A stretch of DNA of 64,000 nt, from assembly GCA_965209085.1 (NCBI GenBank), contig OZ242376.1, positions 384,001-448,000 of the forward strand, in the 5' to 3' direction. The DNA is from Nitrosopumilaceae archaeon. GTDB lineage: Archaea; Thermoproteota; Nitrososphaeria; Nitrososphaerales; Nitrosopumilaceae. The notes beneath the pieces are model-generated. The model made no database searches and was not told the DNA's origin. It saw only the letters and a program-made list of their open reading frames with translations. This document shows, piece by piece, positions 18,482 to 28,328 of the stretch (positions within the stretch are counted from its first letter, which is position 1; each line of letters begins with the position of its first letter). The position numbers and the translations under genes were made by a program.

Positions 18482-18566
18482 GATAGCATCAAAAACCTAC
18501 CAATCGGCTGAATGGATATGTCATTTGGGTTTAGTATATTAAACCGAAAAATAGGCAAAACTAGTG

Positions 18567-20681
18567 ATGGCGCAGGCCGATAAAATATTCGACGAAACAA
18601 TACGCACCACTCACAAAGTAATAACCGAAGAGCTCTCAAAATCAATTTTAAAGTCATACGGACTCAAAGTCCCGCCGTACACCCTTGCAACTTCCCCTGC
18701 AGAATCTGTAAATGCCGCAAAAAAAATCGGATTTCCACTCGTAATGAAGATAGTTTCACCGCAAATTCTGCATAAAACCGACGTGGGTGGGGTCAAAGTG
18801 GGCATTGACAATATTGCTGATGTGAAAAAAACATTCAATGACATGTATGGCCGCCTCTCAAAGAAAAAAGGCGTCACCGTAAAGGGAATTTTGCTTGAAA
18901 AAATGGTTCCAAAGGGTGTGGAACTTATCGTAGGACTTCAAAATGATCCGCAATTTGGTCCTGTAATTATGGTTGGCATGGGCGGAATCATGACTGAAAT
19001 TATGCACGATGTTGCGTTTAGAATGCTTCCGATAGGAACATCTGATGCCAAATCCATGATAGATGAACTGCAGGGCTCAAAACTGCTCAAAGGTTTCCGC
19101 GGATCAAAACCCGTGGATATGGGCATGCTCGCTTCGGTACTTGTAAAGATTGGAAAGATGGGCATGGATCATGCAACGCATTTTGAAAGTATTGATTTTA
19201 ATCCGATTGTAGTATATCCGAAATCCTACAATATCGTTGATGCGAAAATCATACTGCGCAAAACCATAAAACCGGATGCGGTCTCAAAAGTAAAACCGGA
19301 CTCGTCGTTTATGGAAAAATTCTTCACTCCAAAATCTGTTGCACTTGTCGGAGCTTCTGCAACTCCTGGCAAAATAGGAAATTCGGTTTTGGACAGTCTT
19401 GCAAAACATGATTACAAGGGCAAAGTCTACCCGATAAACCCCAAACAAAAAAACATCCTTGGAATAAAATGCTATCCGTCAATATCTGATGTTCCAAACA
19501 AAGTGGATTTGGTAATAGTGTGCGTGGATCTTTCAATAACAGAACCTGTTATGAGAGAGTGTGCAAAACTTGGAATTCACAACGTGGTCATAGTATCCGG
19601 CGGCGGCAAAGAACTTGGAGGCAAACGTGCCGAATACGAGGCAAAGATACGGGAAATTTCACTTGAAAACAAAATACGCATCATAGGTCCAAATTGTATT
19701 GGAATGTTCAATGCCGCAAACCGTCTGGACTGCGCGTTTCAGGGACGTGAACGCATGGTGCGGGCCAAACTTGGACATGTGGCACTGCTTTCGCAGAGCG
19801 GAACAATGGGAATAAGCTTTTTGGAGACTGCCGATTCATTTGGACTCTCAAAAATGATAAGTTATGGCAACCGTTCGGACGTGGACGAGGCAGACATGAT
19901 CTGGTATCTTGCAAACGATCCGCAGACCAAAGTAATCGCATTGTACGTTGAAGGCTTCGGTGACGGACGAAAATTCATTAAAACTGCAAAACAGGTAATG
20001 AGGGAAAAGAAAAAACCCATAGTTATATGGAAAAGCGGACGGACTGCAGCCGGAGCAAAACAGGCAGCATCGCACACGGGTTCTCTTGGCGGCTCCAATG
20101 CAATAATCATGGGTGCGTTCAAACAGGCCGGAATAATATCAGTTGACAGCTATCAGGAACTGGCGGCAGTAACAAAGGCGCTTGTATGGCAGCCTTCTGC
20201 AAAAGGCAACAAGTGTGCATTGTGCAGCAATGGGGCAGGACCTATGATCGGGGGAATTGATCATTTTGAAAGACTCGGACTTTCACTGGCAAAAGTTTCA
20301 TCTGCCACACTCAAAAAAATGACGGATCATTTCCCAAAAACGTACGTTATCGGCAAGGGAAATCCTGCGGACGTTACGGGAGGGGCAAGTGCTGAAGATT
20401 ACAAGTTTACAATGCAGGCATTTTTGGATGATGCAGGCGTGGACGTAATTATGCCGTGGTTTGTATTCCAAGATGATCCGTTGGAGGAAACAATTGTGGA
20501 TTATTTGGAAGGTATTTCAAAACGCCGCCGCAAGCCGGTTTTGGTGGGAGGTAACGGCGGTCCGTACACGGAAAAAATGTCCAAAGCCATAGAGGCTAGG
20601 GGAATACCCGTATATGATGACATACGCGACTGGGTTGCGGCAGCATCTGCCCTGGCACAATGGGGACGCATAAAAAAATAA
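18567..20681 (+). CDS. ADP-forming 3-hydroxypropionate-CoA ligase (3HP/4HB cycle)
   Basis: ATP-grasp first (HKTDVGGV), then CoA-binding domain (GPNC, SHTGSL). Length and domain order match my recollection of the thaumarchaeal enzyme. Confidence 0.85.
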   Translation: MAQADKIFDETIRTTHKVITEELSKSILKSYGLKVPPYTLATSPAESVNAAKKIGFPLVMKIVSPQILHKTDVGGVKVGIDNIADVKKTFNDMYGRLSKKKGVTVKGILLEKMVPKGVELIVGLQNDPQFGPVIMVGMGGIMTEIMHDVAFRMLPIGTSDAKSMIDELQGSKLLKGFRGSKPVDMGMLASVLVKIGKMGMDHATHFESIDFNPIVVYPKSYNIVDAKIILRKTIKPDAVSKVKPDSSFMEKFFTPKSVALVGASATPGKIGNSVLDSLAKHDYKGKVYPINPKQKNILGIKCYPSISDVPNKVDLVIVCVDLSITEPVMRECAKLGIHNVVIVSGGGKELGGKRAEYEAKIREISLENKIRIIGPNCIGMFNAANRLDCAFQGRERMVRAKLGHVALLSQSGTMGISFLETADSFGLSKMISYGNRSDVDEADMIWYLANDPQTKVIALYVEGFGDGRKFIKTAKQVMREKKKPIVIWKSGRTAAGAKQAASHTGSLGGSNAIIMGAFKQAGIISVDSYQELAAVTKALVWQPSAKGNKCALCSNGAGPMIGGIDHFERLGLSLAKVSSATLKKMTDHFPKTYVIGKGNPADVTGGASAEDYKFTMQAFLDDAGVDVIMPWFVFQDDPLEETIVDYLEGISKRRRKPVLVGGNGGPYTEKMSKAIEARGIPVYDDIRDWVAAASALAQWGRIKK

Positions 20682-20683
20682 CA

Positions 20684-21547
20684 TTAGAGTTTTTTCAAAT
20701 ATTCTATAATTCCGGTATAATCCAAATCCCCGAATCCGCAGTCTGCAGCATCCCCGTACACTTTGAGCGCTTTTTTGCCCATGGGCAAATCCAGTCCGAT
20801 ATCCAAGGATGCCCCCGCAAGCGCGCCCAAATCTTTTTTGAGGTTGCGTAAAAGAAACGTGGGGCTTACTCTGCCATTTGTCATTCCATACGCCTTTTTT
20901 TTACTCATACCGGTGCCAAAATAGGTGGAGTTTAAGACCTCGAGGAATTTTCTTGGCTCAACACCTGATTTTTCCACAAACATGATTCCTTCGGATATTG
21001 AAAGGGCCAGCATGGCAATCTGCAGATTCATTGCAAGCTTTACCGCGTATGCATCGCCAGTCTCTCCGATGTAAAATATTTTCTCTGCAACAAGGGATAA
21101 AATCGGACGGCATTTGGATAGCGCATTCTCCGACCCTGATGCCATCATGACAAGTCTGCCAGCAGCTGCTGCATCCGGACCGCCCATTACCGGCGTACCA
21201 AGCATTGTTACAGAGTATGCCTTGAGTTTTTTTGTAATTTTCTTGGATTCTTTTGGTCTAATCGTACTCATATCGCATACAACAGGGCAGTCCTTTGAGC
21301 TCTCCACAAGTCCTCCGGAATCAAAACATACCCTCTCAAGTGCGTCCGCATCCGTCACGCAAGTTATGACAAGATCGCATCCTGCTGCAGCACCTGCCGG
21401 ACTGTCTGCAACGGTGGATCCGGCATCGGAGAGTTTTTTGGTTTTTGAGGCGGTACGGTTGTACACTGCAAGTTTTACCCCTTTTGCAATCATGCGTATG
21501 CCTACCGCTGAGCCGAGCATTCCGGTGCCTATGATGCCTACCTTCAC
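20684..21547 (-). CDS. 3-hydroxyisobutyrate/6-phosphogluconate dehydrogenase family oxidoreductase
   Basis: GIIGTGMLG, DMSTI, PVMGG and KLAMN motifs. Confidence 0.9.
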   Translation of the reverse strand: MKVGIIGTGMLGSAVGIRMIAKGVKLAVYNRTASKTKKLSDAGSTVADSPAGAAAGCDLVITCVTDADALERVCFDSGGLVESSKDCPVVCDMSTIRPKESKKITKKLKAYSVTMLGTPVMGGPDAAAAGRLVMMASGSENALSKCRPILSLVAEKIFYIGETGDAYAVKLAMNLQIAMLALSISEGIMFVEKSGVEPRKFLEVLNSTYFGTGMSKKKAYGMTNGRVSPTFLLRNLKKDLGALAGASLDIGLDLPMGKKALKVYGDAADCGFGDLDYTGIIEYLKKL

Positions 21548-21635
21548 GGCGTAAAAATGACTAATGCGTATATTTTAGTTTGTGGATGAGTTTGAGGCAC
21601 TTTTGAGTGCCAGCATACGCGGTTTGTTTGCATAC

Positions 21636-22022
21636 TTATCTGCGTTCTTCAACACGTATCTTCCATTTGGAATTTCTAAGACGGGACGACTCTAATTCCA
21701 AATGCCCTATCACCACTTCGCCCCGTTTGATCATGGCATATTCGGATTTTCTCCAAAGGTACGTTTTTTCCATCGGTTTGTATCCGCCTTCTACGGCTTT
21801 GACCTTGAATCTCTTGCTAGCTTTTGTGATGAGTTTTCTTGCAGACTGTATATCGCCCATCCATGAGATCATCTCAAATGAACCAAAGTTTTCGGTTTCA
21901 ATCTCGTATCCATACAATCTGAATTCTATTTTGCATTTTTTTGTCAGAGCTTCTGAATTGAGCCACTCTACGACCTTTGCCCCGGAACCTTTCTCAATTC
22001 CAAACGTTTCAGAGAATTCCAT
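21636..22022 (-). CDS. Hypothetical protein
   Basis: 128-aa ORF with natural composition filling the gap. Confidence 0.7.
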   Translation of the reverse strand: MEFSETFGIEKGSGAKVVEWLNSEALTKKCKIEFRLYGYEIETENFGSFEMISWMGDIQSARKLITKASKRFKVKAVEGGYKPMEKTYLWRKSEYAMIKRGEVVIGHLELESSRLRNSKWKIRVEERR

Positions 22023-22064
22023 TACACGTGCGGGATTGCGAGTTTTTATAATCCTTGACCACCA

Positions 22065-22469
22065 ATGTTCAAATATGGATGCGCAAAAATCATAAAAATG
22101 CTGGATGTAGACTGCCGTGACATAAAACCGATAATGCGGGATTTATTGGTGTACGTTTCAGACCAGGTGGGGGCAATTCCTGCAATAAAATCCCGCGGCT
22201 TTGCGCTTGAATCCTTTGATGAAGACGGTATGGATTCATCACTTGTCATAAGATCCATAAGGGAATATCTTGTTTCAGTCGGTGAGGATAAAAAATACGC
22301 GATAACGGCACAGGGTAAAACAATAACAATCCGTTCCATATCAGGAGAACAGATGAAACCTGTGAAAAACGAATCTACTGATGCGGGTCTTTTTTCATGC
22401 ACCCACTGCGGATACGTTACAAGATATGAAACGGATCTAAAAGCCCATAGAGTGATACATTATCTCTAG
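22065..22469 (+). CDS. C2H2 Zn-finger-containing protein
   Basis: C-terminal FSCTHCGY...LKAHRVIH; start uncertain (22065 or 22098). Confidence 0.75.
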   Translation: MFKYGCAKIIKMLDVDCRDIKPIMRDLLVYVSDQVGAIPAIKSRGFALESFDEDGMDSSLVIRSIREYLVSVGEDKKYAITAQGKTITIRSISGEQMKPVKNESTDAGLFSCTHCGYVTRYETDLKAHRVIHYL

Positions 22470-22647
22470 ACTGCCGAATGTATCGGAAATTTCAGCAGAT
22501 GTGATAACTTGAACAAAATAGACAAATTTTTACAACCATGCAACATATCACTGTAAAATATAACACAGTACAGTTGACGATAATTTACGTGCCAATAAGA
22601 CCTACAAAAAGTACACACTATGCGGACGATGAAGAATCCGAATAGGA

Positions 22648-23571
22648 TTACAGCCGGGAAAACGAATTTTTTGGCACCGAAATATTTTCCGTCAACGCCG
22701 GATGTATTATCTTTGAGAGAATTTCTATTCCTGTAATTATTCTGTGGCTTGGTTTGCTAGAATACGAGTCAGCATCAACTGCAAAAACACGACCATTTTT
22801 TACCGCACGCAGCTTGTTCCATTCTTCCGAATGTGCAAGCGTCGTTGCATACTCTGAGGCAGAACGGGCAACGTCAAAACCGCATGCCATGATGACTATG
22901 ACTTCCGGATCCTCTTTTGCAATTTCATCAATGCACGTTTTGCGGGAGCGCTCTCCGGATTTACTAATTAGATTTATTCCGCCTGCGGCTTGCACCATGT
23001 CCGGAACCCAATGTCCTGCAGTATATGGGGGATCCACCCATTCAAGTATCATTACGCGTTTTGGATCCGTGGAGCATTTTTTTGAAACATTTGAAATTCT
23101 TGCACGGAGGGATTTTGCAAGTTTTACACCGCGTTCGGCAAGACCGACTTTACACGAGAGATCCTCGATGCCATTTAATACATCCTCAACCGTATGGGGA
23201 TTCATCTCGTACAGTTCTGGCTTTTTATCCAAAACACGTATTGCGTTTCCAACATGTGTGGTGTGAGCTGCACACACCTCGCAAGTATTTTGTGAGATAA
23301 TAAAATCAGGATTTGTCTGTCGTACAACATTTTCGTCTAACACGAACGCACTTTTTTGTGCATACTGCATTTTTGAATTTTCCACGTCTATTTCTAAACT
23401 GCTCATGCATTCGGGATCTATCGGAGATGTGATTGCACGAGGTTTTGTTTTTGCCGCGTCCGGATACGTGCATCTGTGGGTTACAGCTTTAACCGATTCT
23501 CCTGCCCCGATCTCGTAGAGAATTTCGGTGGCACTGGGTAAAAGGGATAAAATTCTGTTTGGAGCCATCAT
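22648..23571 (-). CDS. BtuF-like (cobalamin/Fe-siderophore) substrate-binding family protein
   Basis: RILSLLPSATE, Q..CEVCA and EWVDPPYTAGHWVPDM motifs. Confidence 0.85.
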   Translation of the reverse strand: MMAPNRILSLLPSATEILYEIGAGESVKAVTHRCTYPDAAKTKPRAITSPIDPECMSSLEIDVENSKMQYAQKSAFVLDENVVRQTNPDFIISQNTCEVCAAHTTHVGNAIRVLDKKPELYEMNPHTVEDVLNGIEDLSCKVGLAERGVKLAKSLRARISNVSKKCSTDPKRVMILEWVDPPYTAGHWVPDMVQAAGGINLISKSGERSRKTCIDEIAKEDPEVIVIMACGFDVARSASEYATTLAHSEEWNKLRAVKNGRVFAVDADSYSSKPSHRIITGIEILSKIIHPALTENISVPKNSFSRL

Positions 23572-23642
23572 ACCTGTGTAAAAACTGCCGGTCATAAACT
23601 TCACGCAGCTTGCCTTAATAGGAACACACAGTACATAGATGC

Positions 23643-24794
23643 GTGCAGAGCAGCACGGATTTAAGAAAGGCCGCTGAATCACAATGGAATGAATTTTTAC
23701 GCGGCCAGTGGACTTTTTCTTCGGATAATCTGCAGGGATCTAGCCCTCCGTCCGTCTTTGTAGGCTCGTTTGGATATCCGCGTCTTAGCGTAGGACCGAT
23801 GGCAGTTTCAGGCGGCGGCGATTCTGCATTTCTTGACGCACCAGAAAAATGGGCCGGCATGAAATTGGAAGACATTGTAAGATACAGGCTAAATTTGGTG
23901 AGGGGGGTAAAACACCTCCGCGTACACGAATCTTCCGGCAGATACATTGAATCGTTGCAGGATATGGCAATGTCTTCACGTCCTGCAGACACGGATATGA
24001 TTTTCGAAAAACCTCTGGCAGCATCGTCCACATTTGATGGTCAAAGTGCCCCGTTTGGACCCGTGGGGAATTTAAAATCCGCAAAATTCTCCTTTGGAAA
24101 CTCTGAGAAAAAACTAGAACGCGTATACTATGACCAGGATATGCCCGCAAAAGAGGCTGTTTTGGATTTGTATGGTGCTGGAGTAGAAATTTCAAAAATA
24201 CAAAAATGCTTTTCGATAGGCATGATGGGAAGAAAACGCAGACTGAATCCTACAAAATGGAGCATCACTGCGACAGACGACATTATATCAAAATGGCTTG
24301 TACATGAGATACTTGAAATGCCGCAGATAAATTCATACGAGACATATTTTTTTGAACATCTTGGAAATTTGTTTTCCATAATACTCTTTCCACACAGATG
24401 GATGTATGAAATGGTGGAGGCATGGTATTCGGGCGGAGTGCTGGGTTTTGGATCCGATCACGAAGATGCGCGCGGCATAAACCATGCCCCTGCAATTGCC
24501 GGCGCATACCATGCGGCAAAACTTGCAGTTGCAGAACATCTCTACGGACGTAAGATGCAGGCTGGCTCCCTAATCCTGCGTGAAATCCGTCCCGAATACT
24601 CTATACCCGTTGGCGTATGGCAAGTGCGCGAAGGTGTACGTTCTGCATTGGTAGGCAAACCTGTAATATCTGAAAGCCTTCATGATTCATTAGATGTGGC
24701 ATGTTCGCATTCGAACATATCCAAAAATGAATGGCTACGGCAGGGATATTTTACAAAAATGATGCTTCAAAGAACAATTTCCGAATATGTCTGA
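23643..24794 (+). CDS. nreA: Nre-family DNA repair protein
   Basis: GSSPPSVFVGSFGYP, PTKWSITATD and PVGVWQVRE motifs; C-terminal PIP-like QRTISEYV. Confidence 0.9.
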   Translation: MQSSTDLRKAAESQWNEFLRGQWTFSSDNLQGSSPPSVFVGSFGYPRLSVGPMAVSGGGDSAFLDAPEKWAGMKLEDIVRYRLNLVRGVKHLRVHESSGRYIESLQDMAMSSRPADTDMIFEKPLAASSTFDGQSAPFGPVGNLKSAKFSFGNSEKKLERVYYDQDMPAKEAVLDLYGAGVEISKIQKCFSIGMMGRKRRLNPTKWSITATDDIISKWLVHEILEMPQINSYETYFFEHLGNLFSIILFPHRWMYEMVEAWYSGGVLGFGSDHEDARGINHAPAIAGAYHAAKLAVAEHLYGRKMQAGSLILREIRPEYSIPVGVWQVREGVRSALVGKPVISESLHDSLDVACSHSNISKNEWLRQGYFTKMMLQRTISEYV

Positions 24795-24797
24795 TTG

Positions 24798-26534
24798 TTA
24801 TTCTTCAACGTTTGTACCCGATGCCTTTAATCTTTCTTGTATCTGTGTCATTATCCGTCTTGCCTTTTCCCCGTCGTCATTTCTGTCCACATTACCGTCC
24901 ATTATGCTGTCTATTTCAAAACCTTTGTCAACTAGAATGTCTGCCACATGGTTATCCAAAGTTCCATCCCCTACCAAATAATATGCAAATACGGTGTTTT
25001 TTTGCCCCATGCGGTGCAGTCTGTCTTCTGCCTGTCTGTGTATTGCCGGACTCCAGTCAAGTTCGGCAAAAACCACATATCTTGCACGACTCAGATTTAT
25101 TCCAACGTTTCCTGCCCGCAACCCTGCTATCATTAGGTTTGATTTTCCATCTTGAAAATTGTCTATGCTGTTTTGTCTGTCTTTGTCGGTCTGACCTCCT
25201 ATAATGGATACTGGGGAAAATTCTGCTAGCTGTTCATGAAGCAGTTTGTGTATGGCCCTGTGATGGCAAAATACCACCACGCTTTCTTCAATCTCCATTA
25301 TTCCCTTTACAAAATTGATCACATGTGGCAGTTTTGCAATGCCGGCTGCCTGTCTTTCACTTTGTATTGCGCGCTGATATGATGCTGATTTGTCAAACGA
25401 AGTCCTTGCATGTTTTTTATCCTCAAGCATTTTTTTCCAAATTTTCTTCAGTTCGCCCACGTAATATTGTGAATCTGAATCTATGACTTCGCGGTGGCGC
25501 ACTTTACCTTTTAATTCTCGTAGAACATCAGCTTTTTTGCGGCGGAGCATTATGTGTTCTTGAAGCTGTTTTCTTAGTGATTCTCTTTTGTTTTCAAGCA
25601 CTATGGCTTTTCCTTTTTCATTCAAATAACAAAAATACTCACAAAACTCGCGATAATTTCCAAGCATACCTGGTTTTAGTATGTCTATAATCGGCCAGAT
25701 TTCCGAACCACGATTGTATATCGGCGTACCTGACAAACCTATGCGATGCTCTATCGTTTCCAGCTTTGAAAGTTTTAACACCGCAGAATATTTTCTAGTG
25801 GATTTTGATCTAAGATGTTGCACTTCATCGCATATGAGAGAACGAGCTCCAATTTTTGATAAATCCAAAAGACGGCGTTCCAACAATTCATAATTTATAA
25901 TATAAAAATCAAATTCTCCAAGATCCGCGGATTTGCCGCGACGAATCATTGTGGTTGTTGGGATTGAACTTTTTATCACACGTCCGTTACGACTTTTTTT
26001 GAACATGAATTTTCCAATTTCCCGTTCCCAATTTTTCAAAGTAACTAGAGGTGCAACAACTATTGCAGGAAACGGTTGCTTTTCCGTCGCCAGATATGCC
26101 AGAGTCTGCACGGTTTTACCCAAGCCCATCTCATCTGCAAGAAGTGCATTGCCAGAAGATTTTAGCAAAAAATCAAGTCCTTCTTTTTGAAAATCCAGCA
26201 ATTTTCCCTTGAATTGGGATCCTGGTTTTGTGCGTTTGAGGGTGTATTTTTGTATCACCGGTGCCTTCTTTTGGCGTGGTTTGACACTCTTTCTCCTCCA
26301 TACGGATTTTGAAAGTATCTCCAACGGATGTCTATCTGCGATCCATTGTAGCTGTTGGATGTTCTGTATATTGTCTTGTACTATTACCTCGTTGGCTCCA
26401 TCACCATACCATGATTGTGGGATCATTTTTGAGACCATATTGATCGCTTCCAATCCTGTGATTTTCCAACTCCATGCTTGTGAATACCTGTCCATCACGT
26501 ATTCCATAGTGCCAAAATCATGTTGCTGTGCCAT
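24798..26534 (-). CDS. SNF2-family helicase
   Basis: LADEMGLGKT, DEVQ, LSGTP and QAEDRLHRMGQ motifs. Confidence 0.95.
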   Translation of the reverse strand: MAQQHDFGTMEYVMDRYSQAWSWKITGLEAINMVSKMIPQSWYGDGANEVIVQDNIQNIQQLQWIADRHPLEILSKSVWRRKSVKPRQKKAPVIQKYTLKRTKPGSQFKGKLLDFQKEGLDFLLKSSGNALLADEMGLGKTVQTLAYLATEKQPFPAIVVAPLVTLKNWEREIGKFMFKKSRNGRVIKSSIPTTTMIRRGKSADLGEFDFYIINYELLERRLLDLSKIGARSLICDEVQHLRSKSTRKYSAVLKLSKLETIEHRIGLSGTPIYNRGSEIWPIIDILKPGMLGNYREFCEYFCYLNEKGKAIVLENKRESLRKQLQEHIMLRRKKADVLRELKGKVRHREVIDSDSQYYVGELKKIWKKMLEDKKHARTSFDKSASYQRAIQSERQAAGIAKLPHVINFVKGIMEIEESVVVFCHHRAIHKLLHEQLAEFSPVSIIGGQTDKDRQNSIDNFQDGKSNLMIAGLRAGNVGINLSRARYVVFAELDWSPAIHRQAEDRLHRMGQKNTVFAYYLVGDGTLDNHVADILVDKGFEIDSIMDGNVDRNDDGEKARRIMTQIQERLKASGTNVEE

Positions 26535-26606
26535 GAATTGCACACTTTTGTTTTTTCTGCTTATGAATCTTGATTTTTTTAGTATATTTGGATAATATTG
26601 GCTCGA

Positions 26607-26756
26607 TCAGCCATGAGGGGCGTCTACTGTACCCTGTTCTGCATGAGGCTTTGTATTCTCATCATGGCAGTCGCAGTGGCACAGGTATTCCTTGTGATCG
26701 CTATGACAATCGATACATTCGTAGTGTTTGTGGTTCTCACATGCTGCGCATATCAA
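26607..26756 (-). CDS. Cys/His-rich metallothionein-like microprotein (49 aa, TTG start)
   Basis: Hand translation MICAACENHKHYECIDCHSDHKEYLCHCDCHDENTKPHAEQGTVDAPHG*: 7 Cys, 8 His. AGGAG lies 12 nt upstream. Confidence 0.6.
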   Translation of the reverse strand: MICAACENHKHYECIDCHSDHKEYLCHCDCHDENTKPHAEQGTVDAPHG

Positions 26757-26890
26757 TAAATGCCCAAACTCCTGAAATTGCCCAATCCTGACATGAGTAT
26801 ACTGTGTGTATGGGGGGATAAAAAATTATTGCCCACTGGAGTAAAATATTAGATATAGCCCCATAAGAGCATGATTCATCATTATTTTTT

Positions 26891-28081
26891 ATGCGTACAT
26901 GGTACATTCTGGCACCAGTCATTGCGTGCCTTGCAATGGCGCCTATGGTACAGGCAGATGCAATATTTTGGGATCTACTCATACACCCTACAATCACCAA
27001 TGATCCGGTACCTTTGGGCGGACATCCTGAGCTAAATGGGATTATAGAAGATCATGGTGGTAATGCCGTGGTTGGAGCTAGCATAAGCGTCAGAACTTTG
27101 GGACATACTGCTTGGCTGGAGACAGATGAATATGGTAGATTTGCGTATTTGTTTAATGAAACTACGGCAACTCCGGGACTTCATTCTATACAAATACATG
27201 CAACCGCGGACGGTCTTGGCGGAGAAAAAACTGGTTTTGCCGATGTCACATATAGAACAGAAGGCGGTCCTGGACTTTCTGCAGAGGCAAAAATATTGGC
27301 CACCGAAGACGCAAGGAAATATCTTAATGCCAATGAAGATGATTTTACAAATGATCTTGTGGGATCTTTATTGTATGAATATTATAATGATTTGTATCAA
27401 ACACATCTTAAACAAATTGTAAGAGAACAGGAATTAGAAGAGAGAAACAATCAAATTTTAAAAAACCGTGCAATTGCATTAAATATCACAAATAATCTAA
27501 TAAACGATAATGACCAGAGAACTGGACATATCTCAAAATATTCCTATGAGAAATTAATATCCAATACGGATCCTACCATACGTAATGACGTGATACGCCA
27601 GATCAATTATACAATAACTGCATTCCACGAAGCGCAAGATGCCATAAAAATAATACAACAATCTGGAAAATCTTACAAGGATGCTGTAAACATATATTCT
27701 GAAAACAATCCTCTCTCACGTGAAAACATGGATATGATTCTATCTGGATATTCATACGATGATCTAGAACGTATGAACATGGAAGGCGTGGAGAATAATA
27801 TGTCTGCCGTTGATTCAAATGCAACTATTTTGGATGTACCAGTAAACGATCTGAACAGCACCATGACAAATCAGACTGTACCAAAAGACGTGATAATTCC
27901 TGATCCCACGTACAATTTACACATATCTGTCACGGCACTAAATTGGGATCTTCCTCCCTCTGGAACTAGCATAAATCTTACCGGTTCTGCGATTGGGCTT
28001 AGCTCATCTGGTAAAATAATGGTTGGAATAAATGGAACTTTGGTAGAATTACAACTACATGAACTAATTATATCAGAATAA
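26891..28081 (+). CDS. Secreted hypothetical protein with an Ig-like N-terminal region
   Basis: Signal-peptide-like start (MRTWYILAPVIACLAMAPMVQA), a beta-rich segment, then a helical Asn-rich region. Confidence 0.75.
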   Translation: MRTWYILAPVIACLAMAPMVQADAIFWDLLIHPTITNDPVPLGGHPELNGIIEDHGGNAVVGASISVRTLGHTAWLETDEYGRFAYLFNETTATPGLHSIQIHATADGLGGEKTGFADVTYRTEGGPGLSAEAKILATEDARKYLNANEDDFTNDLVGSLLYEYYNDLYQTHLKQIVREQELEERNNQILKNRAIALNITNNLINDNDQRTGHISKYSYEKLISNTDPTIRNDVIRQINYTITAFHEAQDAIKIIQQSGKSYKDAVNIYSENNPLSRENMDMILSGYSYDDLERMNMEGVENNMSAVDSNATILDVPVNDLNSTMTNQTVPKDVIIPDPTYNLHISVTALNWDLPPSGTSINLTGSAIGLSSSGKIMVGINGTLVELQLHELIISE

Positions 28082-28328
28082 TCTTCAATTTTGATTTCCA
28101 ATATACAATACTGATTTAATAAATATACTTTTTTAATTCATAATTTTTAATAAAAATAGACATAATTTTTATTAACATTGTATTTCACAATAGACTCTTT
28201 CAAATCAGTCATTCTCATTCATAGAAATTGTGAATTTGGTCAGTCATGTATATGATCTAATCTTATGATTAGACGTACATTTGGATTATTTCAATACCTT
28301 TTTATTGAAATTTTTTAACTATAAACTC

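Noticed and set aside
22538-22645. 35-codon ORF MQHITVK...DDEESE
   Set aside because: No motif or supporting signal; cannot be told from chance.
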